NCBI GenBank assembly: GCA_016186625.1
Contig: JACPLG010000005.1
Span: 36,954 to 100,953 of the forward strand
Source: Candidatus Levyibacteriota bacterium
Lineage (GTDB): Bacteria; Patescibacteriota; Microgenomatia; Levybacterales; UBA12049
Direction of reading: 5' to 3'
Length of the DNA stretch: 64,000 bases
The number at the start of each line of letters is the position of its first letter. The stretch's first letter is position 1. The position numbers were made by a program, and so were the translations under genes. The notes under the pieces are model-generated. The model ran no database searches. It worked only from the letters and a program-made list of their open reading frames with translations, and was not told the DNA's origin. Of this stretch, positions 1 to 10,313 are shown one piece after another.

Positions 1-410
1 CAACCCATAGAGCCAATATCCTTTCAGCAAATTATAATGACGTCGGCTTTTCTGTGAAATCGGGAAGACTTGCGGGAGAGCAAACTTTTTTAGTAGTTCA
101 GGAACTTGGCAGTAAGAGGATTTTGCCTGCAGTAAATCGGAGTCCGTCTCAAAATCAAAAAAGTGTCGCAGCTAAAAGAGTTTTAGGCTTTGAGATTGGT
201 TCTTATCTTCCTATCAAGCCTAATTTTTCAAAATCTTCAGAGCTTGTTTTACTGATACTTCTCTTGTTTATAGCGGTTTTTTTAATAGATCTGATTATAA
301 TTGAGAGGAGAAAAATTACAAGGTTTGTCGGACATAATCTTGATCATGCAATATTTTTGTCAATAATAATTTTGATTATATCCATATTCAATACAGGAAT
401 GGTGCTTTAA
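1..410 (+). CDS. hypothetical protein, probably 5'-truncated by the window edge; C-terminal hydrophobic segment
   Basis: The frame of the listed ORF 54..410 stays open back to base 3 with no stop. The hydrophobic C-terminus LVLLILLLFIAVFLIDLIII is visible in the translation. Confidence 0.3.
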   Translation, partial: THRANILSANYNDVGFSVKSGRLAGEQTFLVVQELGSKRILPAVNRSPSQNQKSVAAKRVLGFEIGSYLPIKPNFSKSSELVLLILLLFIAVFLIDLIIIERRKITRFVGHNLDHAIFLSIIILIISIFNTGMVL

Positions 411-673
411 TGAAAAAAAACCATACAACATATTATATTCTATTAGCATCAATACTCTTGGCTGGTTTTATATTAATTTTAAGTGCTCATCCAGACAGAG
501 GGCTTCAGATGAGCCTAGTTATTGGACTAAGCTTTGCTTATGTACTTGTTGGGATACTTCATCATTTGATAAACCATGATTTAGTGGCTAAAATTGTGAT
601 AGAATACGTTCTTGTTGCAAGTCTTGGTATTGCAACAGCTTTTTTTGTATTCAAAGGAGGATTTGGTTTTTAA
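410..673 (+). CDS. small integral membrane protein (2-3 TM helices), unknown function
   Basis: 87-aa ORF with strongly hydrophobic segments. Its start codon overlaps the stop of the previous ORF (ATGA-style). Confidence 0.4.
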   Translation: MKKNHTTYYILLASILLAGFILILSAHPDRGLQMSLVIGLSFAYVLVGILHHLINHDLVAKIVIEYVLVASLGIATAFFVFKGGFGF

Positions 674-718
674 TAACCTGTTTGGCAAGTTCAGGAGAAT
701 GTTAAGTTTAATCAAAAT

Positions 719-1435
719 ATGAAAGGTGTAATTTTAGCAGGGGGATTAGGTACTCGCCTTTATCCCTTAACGCATGTAACTAACAAGCATTTGCTTCCGG
801 TTTATGATAAACCGATGATTTTTTATCCTATAGAAACATTGGTTAAAGCAGGCATAAAAGACATACTGATAGTTACAAGTGGTCCCCACGTGGGACATTT
901 CTTAGGAATTCTAAAAAACGGAAATGAACTGGGGGTAGATCATCTTGAATATGCCTATCAGGAAAAACCTGACGGAGGAATTGCAGATGCGCTGTCTTTG
1001 GCAGAAAGCTTTGCAGATGAGGAGCCAATAACCGTGATTTTAGGAGATAACACAACGGATGCAGACATAAGTGAAGAAGTGACCAGCTTCAAAGACGGAG
1101 CATTGGCTTTTCTTAAAGAGGTAAGAGATCCTGAGAGATTTGGGGTTGCGTTTTTCGACGAAAATAAAAATATAACAGGAATAGAAGAAAAGCCTAAAAA
1201 TCCAAAAAGCAATATGGTAGTGACCGGAGTTTATATTTACGACGGGAAAGTGTTTGGGCACATCAGAAGTTTAAAACCCTCCGATAGAGGTCAGCTTGAG
1301 GTAACTGATTTAAATAATATTTATATTAAGAATGGAGAATTTAAATGGGCAGAATTGGATGGGTTTTGGAGCGATGCGGGTACATTTGACAGTCTTTTTG
1401 CCGCAAGTAAATACTGGGCAGAAAAAAATAAATGA
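719..1435 (+). CDS. rmlA: glucose-1-phosphate thymidylyltransferase (short-form RmlA-like sugar nucleotidyltransferase)
   Basis: N-terminal MKGVILAGGLGTRLYPLT...LLPVYDKPMIFYP matches the RmlA signature closely. DPERFGV, EEKP and VTGVYIYD motifs are present. Its stop overlaps the rmlB start. Confidence 0.85.
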   Translation: MKGVILAGGLGTRLYPLTHVTNKHLLPVYDKPMIFYPIETLVKAGIKDILIVTSGPHVGHFLGILKNGNELGVDHLEYAYQEKPDGGIADALSLAESFADEEPITVILGDNTTDADISEEVTSFKDGALAFLKEVRDPERFGVAFFDENKNITGIEEKPKNPKSNMVVTGVYIYDGKVFGHIRSLKPSDRGQLEVTDLNNIYIKNGEFKWAELDGFWSDAGTFDSLFAASKYWAEKNK

Positions 1436-2439
1436 AGATTTTAGTAACTGGCGGAGCCGGTTTTATCGGCTCCAACTTTATCCTCTATTGGGTTAAAAAT
1501 TATCCTCAAGATCAAATTATAAACTTTGATAAGCTAACCTACGCCGGAAATTTAGAAAATCTTAAGGATATTGAGAAGAATCCAAGCTATTCTTTTGTCA
1601 AAGGCGATATTTGCAATGTCTCGGAGGTTGATATAGCAATGCGGGGAGTTGATTGGGTAGTTCACTTTGCAGCCGAGAGTCATGTGGACAGATCAATCAT
1701 GGAGCCGGCTGCGTTTGTTATGACAAATGTTGTTGGAACGCAAGTTCTACTTGACGCTTCCCTAAAAAATAATATTAAACGCTTTCACCATGTATCAACA
1801 GATGAGGTATTTGGGCAACTCTTACTAGATTCTGATCAAAAGTTTAACGAATCAACCCCGTATAATCCAAGGAGTCCCTATTCTGCAAGTAAAGCAGGCT
1901 CTGACCATTTGGTCCGCTCCTATCACTATACCTTCGGTCTTCCAATTACAATTACAAATTGCTCTAATAATTTTGGTCCGTACCAATTTCCGGAAAAAAT
2001 AATTCCACTAGCGATTACAAATCTAATTGAAGGTAAAAGGATTCCAATCTATGGCGATGGTTTGCATGTTCGCGATTGGTTATATGTTGAAGATCACTGC
2101 AGCGCAATTGATCTGGTTTTGTCAAAAGGAAAAGTGGGGGAAACGTATTGTGTGGGAGGCATGAGCGAAGACATAAATAATCTGGAAGTTGCAAAAAAAA
2201 TTGTCCGAATTTTAGGTAAGAGTGAAGATATGATTGAGTTTGTGAAAGACAGGCCGGGGCATGACCGCCGCTATGCAGTTGAGTGGTCGAAAATAAAAAA
2301 AGAACTGGGATGGGAGCCCTTGCATTCGTTCGATCAGTGGCTTGAGGAGACTATTTCTTGGTATAAGAAAAATGAAAATTGGTGGAGGAAAGTAAAAAGC
2401 GGGGAATATAAGAAATATTACGAGCAACAATACAAATGA
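1432..2439 (+). CDS. rmlB: dTDP-glucose 4,6-dehydratase
   Basis: MKILVTGGAGFIGSNF Rossmann start, SHVDRS, YSASKAGSD (YxxxK) and PITITNCSNNFGPYQFPEKIIP, all typical of RmlB. Confidence 0.9.
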   Translation: MKILVTGGAGFIGSNFILYWVKNYPQDQIINFDKLTYAGNLENLKDIEKNPSYSFVKGDICNVSEVDIAMRGVDWVVHFAAESHVDRSIMEPAAFVMTNVVGTQVLLDASLKNNIKRFHHVSTDEVFGQLLLDSDQKFNESTPYNPRSPYSASKAGSDHLVRSYHYTFGLPITITNCSNNFGPYQFPEKIIPLAITNLIEGKRIPIYGDGLHVRDWLYVEDHCSAIDLVLSKGKVGETYCVGGMSEDINNLEVAKKIVRILGKSEDMIEFVKDRPGHDRRYAVEWSKIKKELGWEPLHSFDQWLEETISWYKKNENWWRKVKSGEYKKYYEQQYK

Positions 2440-2912
2440 TTAACTGCAGGTTTGAAAACGGGAGAAAAACCAGTCTTCGCCATTGCGTTGTAGATGCTCT
2501 AGTTATAGACAAAGGAAAAATTCTTTTAATAAAAAGGGCCCCACGTCTTCTAAATGGAGGAAAATATGCAGTTATTGGCGGATATATCGAAAGAGACGAA
2601 GATTCAAAACAAGCTCTCATAAGAGAAGCAAAAGAGGAAACAGGATATCATATTATGCCTGTTGAATTGTTTCGAATCGCTGATAATCCGGACAGGCCAC
2701 AAGAAGATAGGCAAAACGTCGCATTTTTCTACCTTGCAAAAGTTATAAAAAAAATCGGAGGAGGAAATGACGAAGTAAGCGAAATTAGGTGGTTTGATTT
2801 AAACAATTTGCCTCCAAAAAATCTGTTTGCCTTTGATCATTATGGAACGATTGAGTTGTATAAAAGATATCTTAAGAAAAAATTTCCACTCCCATTTGTT
2901 GGGAAGATATAA
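2436..2912 (+). CDS. NUDIX hydrolase
   Basis: Nudix box GGYIERDEDSKQALIREAKEETG (Gx5Ex7REUxEExGU). Confidence 0.8.
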   Translation: MINCRFENGRKTSLRHCVVDALVIDKGKILLIKRAPRLLNGGKYAVIGGYIERDEDSKQALIREAKEETGYHIMPVELFRIADNPDRPQEDRQNVAFFYLAKVIKKIGGGNDEVSEIRWFDLNNLPPKNLFAFDHYGTIELYKRYLKKKFPLPFVGKI

Positions 2913-3056
2913 CTCCAATTTCTTACATCCGCTTCTTAAAAATGGTAAAATAGATTGTTAGGAGGAGAGAGAACTCCATTGTTATTATTGTTTAATTGTT
3001 GGACTTAGACCTTTTAACAATGCAGCAATTGAACAATTAAGCAATTTGGTATTTAT

Positions 3057-4346
3057 ATGACTATTACTTTTATTGGACATGGTTATGTAGGTCTTGTTAC
3101 AGCAGCGGTTTTTGCAGATTTTGGTAATACGGTTCATGTTATAGGGCACACACCTGAGAAAATTAATAATTTAAAAAAGGGAATAATTCCATTTTTTGAA
3201 CCAGGCCTAGCAGAGCTGGTAAAAAAGAATGTTGAAGCAGGCAGATTACTGTTTAGCCTTGATTATGACCCAGGGGTTAAACAGTCTGACATTGTTTTTA
3301 TTGCTGTTGGAACACCTCCCCAAAAAACAGGAGATGCAGAACTTTCTACTGTATATGATGTGGCCGAAAAATTAGGTAAAAACTTAAAAAATTATACAGT
3401 TGTAGCCACAAAAAGTACAGTTCCCCCTGGGACAAATAAAAGGATTGAGCGCCTTATTTCAGAAGTTTTGCCCAAAGATGCAACTTTTGATATTGCTTCA
3501 GTTCCAGAATTTTTACGGGAAGGAACAGCAATTGAGGACACACTTCATCCGGACAGAGTTGTAATCGGAACGAAGAGCCCAAGAGCTAGAAGATTATTAA
3601 TTGATCTTCACAAACCGATAGATGGAACATTCGTAAATACAAACCTTGAAACGGCAGAACTTATAAAATATGCAGCAAATTCTTTTCTTGCAACAAAAAT
3701 TTCTTTCGCAAATGCAATAGCAAAATTATCAGAACTGGTCCATGCGGACGGCGTAAGGGTGCTTGACGGAATCGGATTTGACAAAAGAATTGGAAGAGCA
3801 TTTCTATATCCGGGTGCAGGGTACGGCGGGAGCTGTTTTCCAAAAGATGTAAAAGCTTTAATTTCAATTGCGAGCGATAATGATTACGATTTTGCCCTGC
3901 TAGATCAAGTTGAAGAAATAAATAGACAAGCAAAAAGAGATATTGTGAGAAAAGCACGAAAAATCTTAGGAGAAGTAGCGGGTAAAAAAGTGGCAGTTTT
4001 GGGACTTGCATTTAAACCAAACACGGATGACATGAGAGACGCGCCTTCAATTGATATTATTGAGCTTCTCAAAAAAGAAGGGGCCAAGGTTATTGCTTAT
4101 GATCCTAAAGCAATGGAAAATGCAAAAAAAATCATTAATGACATCGAGCTTGGAGAAAATATTTATGAAACAGTAAAAGCAGCAGATCTTATTCTATTTC
4201 TAACTGAGTGGAATGAGTTCAAAGAAGCTGACCTTTTGAAAATTAAAAAACTCATGAAAACACCAAACATTATTGACGGAAGAAATATTTACAATCCGCA
4301 GCAAATTATAAAATTAGGCTTTTCCTATATTGGGGTAGGAAGATGA
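3057..4346 (+). CDS. ugd: UDP-glucose 6-dehydrogenase (UDP-glucose/GDP-mannose dehydrogenase family)
   Basis: N-terminal ITFIGHGYVGLVTAAVFADFG, catalytic GGSCFPKDV, and ~430 aa length. A UDP-glucuronate decarboxylase gene lies downstream. Confidence 0.85.
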   Translation: MTITFIGHGYVGLVTAAVFADFGNTVHVIGHTPEKINNLKKGIIPFFEPGLAELVKKNVEAGRLLFSLDYDPGVKQSDIVFIAVGTPPQKTGDAELSTVYDVAEKLGKNLKNYTVVATKSTVPPGTNKRIERLISEVLPKDATFDIASVPEFLREGTAIEDTLHPDRVVIGTKSPRARRLLIDLHKPIDGTFVNTNLETAELIKYAANSFLATKISFANAIAKLSELVHADGVRVLDGIGFDKRIGRAFLYPGAGYGGSCFPKDVKALISIASDNDYDFALLDQVEEINRQAKRDIVRKARKILGEVAGKKVAVLGLAFKPNTDDMRDAPSIDIIELLKKEGAKVIAYDPKAMENAKKIINDIELGENIYETVKAADLILFLTEWNEFKEADLLKIKKLMKTPNIIDGRNIYNPQQIIKLGFSYIGVGR

Positions 4347-4385
4347 TCCCACTTCGCCTAGGCTACGGGGGACAAGCAAGAGTTT

Positions 4386-5336
4386 ATGAAAAAGGCTTTG
4401 GTAACAGGAATTTCAGGATTTGCAGGAAGCCATTTGGCAGACTACCTCCTTCAGACCGGCCAATACGATTTAAGCGGAACCTATTTGGACGAAAATAGTT
4501 TGAAAAACCTTAATAATCCGGCTAAAATCCGACTACAAAAGTTGAATTTATTAGATGAAGACGCAACAGAAGAATTCATAAGAAAAGAAAAACCAGACAT
4601 TTTATTTCATCTTGCAGCATTAACCTCTCCAAGAAATAGCTTTGATAGCCCAAAAGAGACTTTTATTAATAATATTTCTGCACAGATTAATATTCTTGAG
4701 TCAGTTAAGAAAAATAAAACTGAGACCCGAATTCTTGTTGTTTCTTCTGCTGAAGTTTACGGTTTAGTCTCATCGGAAAATTTGCCTATCGATGAAGACG
4801 CTCCTTTCAATCCAACCAACCCTTATGCAGTATCAAAGCTTGCTCAGGATTTTCTTGGGCTTCAATACTATCTTTCGGATAAACTCAAAATTGTAAGAGT
4901 TAGGCCTTTTAATCATGTAGGGCCCAGACAATCTCCTCGATTCGTAATTTCAGCATTTGCAAAACAGATTGCAGAAATTGAGAGAGGAAAAGGAAAAATT
5001 ATGAAAGTGGGAAAGTTGGCAGCACGCCGTGACTTTACGGATGTAAGAGATATGGTAAAAGCATACACTCTTGCGCTTAATATGGGAGAGTTAGGAGATG
5101 TATACAATCTGGGGAGAGGCAGGTCATATAGAATTTCAGAAATCCTTGAGATGTTAAAAAAAATGAGTAGCGTAAAAATATCAGTAGAAACAGAACCTGC
5201 TCTTTTGAAGCATTCGGACGATCGTGAGCTTTTATGTGATTTTTCCAGGTTTGAAAAGTTGACGGGTTGGAAGCCAGAAATACCGATTGAAAAAACCCTT
5301 CAGGATACGTTAGACTATTGGAGGAATCAGGTTTAA
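4386..5336 (+). CDS. rmd: NAD-dependent epimerase/dehydratase, most like GDP-4-dehydro-6-deoxy-D-mannose reductase (Rmd)
   Basis: [16 protein letters not shown] Rossmann motif, YAVSK (YxxxK), ~316 aa, immediately upstream of gmd. Assigning it to the Rmd subfamily rather than Fcl is an inference. Confidence 0.55.
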   Translation: MKKALVTGISGFAGSHLADYLLQTGQYDLSGTYLDENSLKNLNNPAKIRLQKLNLLDEDATEEFIRKEKPDILFHLAALTSPRNSFDSPKETFINNISAQINILESVKKNKTETRILVVSSAEVYGLVSSENLPIDEDAPFNPTNPYAVSKLAQDFLGLQYYLSDKLKIVRVRPFNHVGPRQSPRFVISAFAKQIAEIERGKGKIMKVGKLAARRDFTDVRDMVKAYTLALNMGELGDVYNLGRGRSYRISEILEMLKKMSSVKISVETEPALLKHSDDRELLCDFSRFEKLTGWKPEIPIEKTLQDTLDYWRNQV

Positions 5337-5337
5337 T

Positions 5338-6312
5338 ATGCCAAAAGCCCTTATTACTGGAATTACAGGTCAAGACGGGCCTTACCTTGCAGAATTTCTT
5401 TTGTCAAAAGGTTACCATGTTTATGGTCTGGTTAGAAGGCTAAGTACTCCAAATCTAGAGAATATCCATCATATAAGAGACCAGGTTGAACTTTTATCTG
5501 GCGATCTTCTGGATCAGGGATCAATAACTGACGCAATTTCAGAGACTGAACCGGATGAAGTCTACAATTTGGCTGCACAATCTTTTGTTAAGGCTTCTTG
5601 GGAACAGCCGGTTCTTACTGGGGAGTTCACTGCGCTGGGAGTAACGCGTGTACTTGAAGCAATAAGAACGGTAAATCCTAAAATTAAGTTTTATCAAGCA
5701 TCTTCATCTGAGATGTTTGGTAAAGTTACAGAAAGCCCGCAAAAGGAAACAACCAGATTTCACCCAAGGAGTCCGTATGGGGTTGCAAAAGTCTACGGTC
5801 ACTACACCACAGTTAATTACCGAGAAAGTTATGGAATCTTCGCTTGCTCGGGGATTCTCTTTAATCACGAATCTCCTCGGAGAGGCATAGAATTTGTAAC
5901 AAGAAAGATAAGTAATGGTGTTGCCAGAATTAAGTTAGGGAAACAGAAAAAATTAGAGTTGGGAAGTCTTGAGCCAAAAAGAGACTGGGGATTTTCAGGA
6001 GATTATGTTGAGGCAATGTGGCTTATGCTTGCCCAAGACAAGCCTGATGATTATGTTGTAGCAACTGGTGAAAACCATTCAGTCAGAGAATTTGTAGAGC
6101 TTGCTTTTGAAGCAGTAGAAATAAAAAATTGGGAGGACTTTGTAATTTCAAATGTTTCGCATCACCTAAGACCGGCAGAAGTAGATTATCTGGTTGGAGA
6201 TGCAAGTAAGGCCAGAAAAGTTCTGGGATGGAAGCCAAAGACCACTTTTAGGCAGTTGGTGGAGATGATGGTAAAAGCTGATTTAGAGCTTGAAAAGAGG
6301 AATAAGACATAA
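5338..6312 (+). CDS. gmd: GDP-mannose 4,6-dehydratase
   Basis: [34 protein letters not shown] is the canonical Gmd N-terminus. SSSEMFG and [10 protein letters not shown] are also present. Confidence 0.9.
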   Translation: MPKALITGITGQDGPYLAEFLLSKGYHVYGLVRRLSTPNLENIHHIRDQVELLSGDLLDQGSITDAISETEPDEVYNLAAQSFVKASWEQPVLTGEFTALGVTRVLEAIRTVNPKIKFYQASSSEMFGKVTESPQKETTRFHPRSPYGVAKVYGHYTTVNYRESYGIFACSGILFNHESPRRGIEFVTRKISNGVARIKLGKQKKLELGSLEPKRDWGFSGDYVEAMWLMLAQDKPDDYVVATGENHSVREFVELAFEAVEIKNWEDFVISNVSHHLRPAEVDYLVGDASKARKVLGWKPKTTFRQLVEMMVKADLELEKRNKT

Positions 6313-7271
6313 TGCAAACTATTCTCGTGGCAGGCGGATCCGGCTTTATTGGTTCAAATCTTTGCGAGAATCTTCTAAAGCGGGGCAACAAAATAATTTG
6401 CGTTGATAATTTTTTAACCAGCACTCACAGAAATATTGCTTCTTTTGAGGGAAATCCAAGCTTTACTTTTATTAAACATGATATAACTAGACCTCTTAGT
6501 CTTAAAGAGAAAATAGATGCCATATATCATCTTGCTTCTGCGGCCTCTCCTAATCATCACAGCAGAATTAGTTATCATGCATATCCCAAAGAAACAATGC
6601 TTGCTAATACGTCGGGAACTTTTCTGTTGCTCGGGCTCGCCCAGAAAAATAAAGCAAAATTTTTATTCGCATCCTCCTCTGAAGTTTATGGAGATCCATT
6701 AGAACACCCCCAAAAAGAGGATTACAGGGGAAATACCTCAACTACAGGTCCTCGTTCAGTTTATGATGAATCAAAGAGATTTGGCGAGACAATTACTGCA
6801 TATTTTAATAGAGAGAAAAACCTAGATACTAGAATTGCAAGAATATTTAATACCTATGGCCCAAAAATGATAAAAGAAGACATGAGAATGATTATTACGT
6901 TTATAACACAGGCCCTTGAAGGAGTGCCCATTACTATTTTTGGAGACGGAAAACAAACAAGGCCTCTTTGTTTTATTGATGATCTGGTGGATGGTTTGGT
7001 AAGGCTAATGGAATCACCTCAAGCAAAGGGAGAAGTTGTCAACTTGGGCTCAACGGACGAGCACACAGTTTTGGAGTACGCAGAGATAGTTAAGAGATTG
7101 ACAAATTCGAAAAGCGAAATAATATTTAGTGAAAAATTACCCCAGGACGACCCTACAAAAAGAAGACCTGATATTGAAAAAGCAAATAAGCTTTTAAGTT
7201 GGGAACCAAAAGTGTCACTTGAGGAAGGCTTGAAAAAAACTATAGAATATATCAGGAGCCATAATAGCTAA
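6312..7271 (+). CDS. uxs: UDP-glucuronate decarboxylase (UDP-xylose synthase)
   Basis: GGSGFIGSNLCENLL start, CVDNFLTS, SSSEVYGDPLEHPQKEDY and SVYDESKRFGE motifs typical of UXS. ugd lies upstream. Confidence 0.8.
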   Translation: MQTILVAGGSGFIGSNLCENLLKRGNKIICVDNFLTSTHRNIASFEGNPSFTFIKHDITRPLSLKEKIDAIYHLASAASPNHHSRISYHAYPKETMLANTSGTFLLLGLAQKNKAKFLFASSSEVYGDPLEHPQKEDYRGNTSTTGPRSVYDESKRFGETITAYFNREKNLDTRIARIFNTYGPKMIKEDMRMIITFITQALEGVPITIFGDGKQTRPLCFIDDLVDGLVRLMESPQAKGEVVNLGSTDEHTVLEYAEIVKRLTNSKSEIIFSEKLPQDDPTKRRPDIEKANKLLSWEPKVSLEEGLKKTIEYIRSHNS

Positions 7272-7353
7272 ATAACTGAATGGTTACATAGTTAATTGAA
7301 AAGTTTTTATCAAACAATTTAGCTATGCTAACCATCCTGACCATTTTAGCCAT

Positions 7354-8535
7354 GTGGTATTTTTTATGAAAGCAGTAATTATACTTCCAACTTATAACGA
7401 AAAAGGAAATGTTGAGCGTTTAATTACAATTCTTGAGGAAGAGATATTTCCAAAAATAAAGAATTATGAAATGTATATCTTAGTCGCAGATGACAATTCT
7501 CCAGACGGAACCGCAGATGAGGTGAGAAAACTAATGAAAAAATGGAAAAATATTGATTTAAATCTAGGTGAAAAACATGGACTTGGTGCAGCGTACGTAA
7601 GAGCAATGGACTGGGCAATTAAAGAAATGAATGCAGACATTGTTTTTGAGATGGATGCAGACTTGTCCCACGACCCGACAAAAATTCCACTTTTTCTGAA
7701 AAAGATAGATGAAGGATTTGATATGGTTATTGGGACAAGATATAGCGGAGGAGGATCTATTCCAAAGAATTGGGGAATCAGTAGAAAAATCCAGTCAGTT
7801 GTCGGAAATTTGGTTGTAAGATCAATTCTGATGAGATTCTGGGTTCATGACTGGACAGGAGGCTTCAGGGCCCTTAGGAAAGAAGTGTTTTTAAAAGAGA
7901 AAGATGAATTAACAGCTTTTAGAGGTTACACATTTCAGGTATCATTTTTACACAAAGCAATTCGTGACGGTTTTAAAGTAGCAGAAATCCCTTTCCATTT
8001 TTTAGATAGAACGCTTGGGAGATCAAAAATCGTTCCGCGGGAATATATTATTGACTTATTAAAATATGTCATAACTGCCAGATTTTGGGAACTAGTTCGC
8101 TCCCCTTTTTTAAAATACGCAATTACTGGTTTTATTGGGTATTTAATTAATGCCATCTCTCTTGAGATTTTTTCTGAATTTTTCAAACTTGCTCCATTCT
8201 TTGCGGCAGCGTTTTCTGCTGAGCTTTCAATCATTTGGAATTTTATAGTTAATAATTTCTGGGCATTTGGAAAATATAAAATTACAAGTCCTTGGAAAGT
8301 ACTTCTCAAATTCCCGCAATTTAATTTGGTTTCATTCGGGTCTCTTCTAATAATAGCAACAGTTGTATTTCTGGGAACATATATTTTCGGCAACACCACT
8401 TTTGTGCGGCAAATTTCTTTAATTATTGCAATAGGATTTTTTGTCATCCCATATAGCTACTCCATGTATAATATCTTTATATGGAAAAGATGGCACATTT
8501 CTTATCTTTCAAAACTCCAGGAAAAATTAGGTTAA
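7354..8535 (+). CDS. family-2 glycosyltransferase (Dpm1/polyprenyl-phosphate sugar synthase-like) fused to a C-terminal GtrA-like membrane domain
   Basis: ILPTYNE, DDNSPDGT and DADLSHDP (DxD) motifs, followed by a 4-TM tail (GtrA-like). The true start may be the internal ATG at 7366 (MKAVIIL). Confidence 0.8.
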   Translation: MVFFMKAVIILPTYNEKGNVERLITILEEEIFPKIKNYEMYILVADDNSPDGTADEVRKLMKKWKNIDLNLGEKHGLGAAYVRAMDWAIKEMNADIVFEMDADLSHDPTKIPLFLKKIDEGFDMVIGTRYSGGGSIPKNWGISRKIQSVVGNLVVRSILMRFWVHDWTGGFRALRKEVFLKEKDELTAFRGYTFQVSFLHKAIRDGFKVAEIPFHFLDRTLGRSKIVPREYIIDLLKYVITARFWELVRSPFLKYAITGFIGYLINAISLEIFSEFFKLAPFFAAAFSAELSIIWNFIVNNFWAFGKYKITSPWKVLLKFPQFNLVSFGSLLIIATVVFLGTYIFGNTTFVRQISLIIAIGFFVIPYSYSMYNIFIWKRWHISYLSKLQEKLG

Positions 8536-10070
8536 AGCCAGAATGGTTTCCCGTATTTCTGATAATTGCTTTTGGTTTTTTTCTGCGTATTTTCAAAGTA
8601 AGAGATTATATTTTGTTTTTGGGCGATGAAGGAAGAGATGCTTTAGTAGTTTATGGCATCCTTCATGGAGATTTAACGCTACTTGGTCCAACCAGCTCTG
8701 TTGGCGGATTTTTTCTAGGCCCAATTTACTACTACATGATGGCTCCTTTTATGATTCTTTCAAATTTTGATCCAGTTGGCCCCGCAATCATGGTAGTTTT
8801 GTTTGGTCTTGCCACAATTTATTTAGTTTACAGGATAGGGTATGAATTTTTTGGAAGAGGGGCAGGGCTAATTGCTAGTTTTCTTTATGCAATAAGCCCA
8901 ATTGTAATTGCCTATTCGCGCTCCTCCTGGAATCCGAATGTTTTCCCGTTTTTTACAATATCAAGTCTTTATATTTTGTATAAAGCAATTTCAAGAAATA
9001 AACTTCGACTTTTTGTATTAGCGGGAATCCTAATGGGAATTAATTTACAAATACATTATTTGGCTACTTTTGTGGGAGCAATTATGTTTTTCTATGTTTT
9101 GTTTTCAACTTTGAGTTTTCGCGCTGACACCATTGCTAATCTTCTCAAACGCTATCTTAGTCTTTTTTTCGGTTTTTTAATAGGCTTTTCTCCATTTATA
9201 GCTTTTGAACTGCGACATCAATTTGCCAATAGTCAAAATATAATTCGCTTTATTTTCAACTCCGAAGAGACAGGTGCTGGGCAACTTTTTTTTGCAAATA
9301 TTCAACATGTTTTTGCTCGACTTTTCCCAGGATTAATCTTTAGTTATCCTGATTTTTCTAAATTTTCAAAATTTGATCCATTTATACTCCAGTTATGGCT
9401 TAATCTTGCAATATTTATTGGGCTTGTTAGCACAATATTTTTCATTATTCAATTTTTGAAATCAGTAAAAACTGGGAATAAAAAATATGAATACTCACTC
9501 ATTTTTGCTTGGATGGCCTTAGGTATTGGACTCTTTGGGCTCTATAATAAATCAATATATGATTACTATCTTGGATTTCTTTTTCCAGTCCCCTTTTTGC
9601 TCGTAGGCTTGTTATTTTCAGAAATTACAAAAATTCTCAATAAGCCGGGAAAAGTTTTTGTAGCCCTGGCTTTATTTGGGCTTTTCTTTCTTAATCTCAA
9701 ATTCACCCCAATCGCTTATTTAGGAAATCGCCAAGTAGATCAGGTTAAGATGATTTCCCACTTCATTCTCTCAAAAACAGAGGGCAAGCCATTTAACTTT
9801 GCCCTTATTACCGGAGGAAATTCAGATCATGCTTACAGATATTTTATGAAGCTAGCTGGGCGAGATCCTGTGGTTATAAAAGGACTTGATGTGGATCCGC
9901 AGCGAAAATCCGCAACTGATCAGTTATTTATTGTTTGTGAGACAATACCTTGTTATCCATTGGGATATTCTCTTTGGGAGGTTGCAGGATTCGGCAGAGC
10001 GGAAATTGTGAGAGAGTGGGACGTATCAGTTCTTAAAGTTTACAAACTTGTCCATTATGAAGGCGAATAA
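8481..10070 (+). CDS. GT-C membrane glycosyltransferase (ArnT/PMT family 39/83-like)
   Basis: ~12 hydrophobic helices. Acidic DE motif (LGDEGRDALVVY) in the first extracytoplasmic loop. Sits directly downstream of a polyprenyl-phosphate sugar synthase-like GT2. Confidence 0.65.
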   Translation: MEKMAHFLSFKTPGKIRLKPEWFPVFLIIAFGFFLRIFKVRDYILFLGDEGRDALVVYGILHGDLTLLGPTSSVGGFFLGPIYYYMMAPFMILSNFDPVGPAIMVVLFGLATIYLVYRIGYEFFGRGAGLIASFLYAISPIVIAYSRSSWNPNVFPFFTISSLYILYKAISRNKLRLFVLAGILMGINLQIHYLATFVGAIMFFYVLFSTLSFRADTIANLLKRYLSLFFGFLIGFSPFIAFELRHQFANSQNIIRFIFNSEETGAGQLFFANIQHVFARLFPGLIFSYPDFSKFSKFDPFILQLWLNLAIFIGLVSTIFFIIQFLKSVKTGNKKYEYSLIFAWMALGIGLFGLYNKSIYDYYLGFLFPVPFLLVGLLFSEITKILNKPGKVFVALALFGLFFLNLKFTPIAYLGNRQVDQVKMISHFILSKTEGKPFNFALITGGNSDHAYRYFMKLAGRDPVVIKGLDVDPQRKSATDQLFIVCETIPCYPLGYSLWEVAGFGRAEIVREWDVSVLKVYKLVHYEGE

Positions 10071-10085
10071 AATTGACCTAATTAA

Positions 10086-10160
10086 CCTAATTTCTAAAAA
10101 AGCACCAATTTCTAAATTGGGAATTCTTTAGGTCAATTAGAAATTAGGAATTAGAAATTA
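10086..10160. repeat. array of AATTTCTAA / TTAGAAATT 9-mers (2 direct + 2 inverted copies) with flanking AATTGACCTAA / TTAGGTCAATT inverted repeat
   Basis: Copies of AATTTCTAA and its complement read directly at 10090-10098, 10108-10116, 10138-10146 and 10152-10160. Outer inverted 11-mers lie at 10071-10081 and 10128-10138. Confidence 0.5.
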
Positions 10161-10313
10161 CAAACAATGGAAGAAGGGAAACCTAAAAGTAAAAGAAGCC
10201 TAAGGGTTCAAAATTATCCATTATGTAATAGTTTAATAGGCGATATGCCGGGAAGCCACGACGCTTATTGCCCCAACTGTGGTTTCAAAGACCCATGTTT
10301 TAAATATTTTACC

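Noticed and set aside
873-1261. Antisense ORFs inside rmlA (873..1055, 958..1212, 1040..1261, minus strand) and the many other 60-120-aa ORFs embedded antisense or out of frame within well-supported genes throughout the window
   Set aside because: They are fully contained in genes with strong motif support, have low-complexity or hydrophobic-junk translations, and lack independent start context. They are typical shadow ORFs of an AT-rich genome.
7280-7345. Imperfect 12-bp inverted repeat (ATGGTTACATAG ... CTATGCTAACCAT) between uxs and the GT2 gene
   Set aside because: Single copy, 11 of 12 positions complementary, no T-run, not repeated elsewhere in the window. Most likely an ordinary weak terminator or attenuator hairpin, not worth a separate finding.
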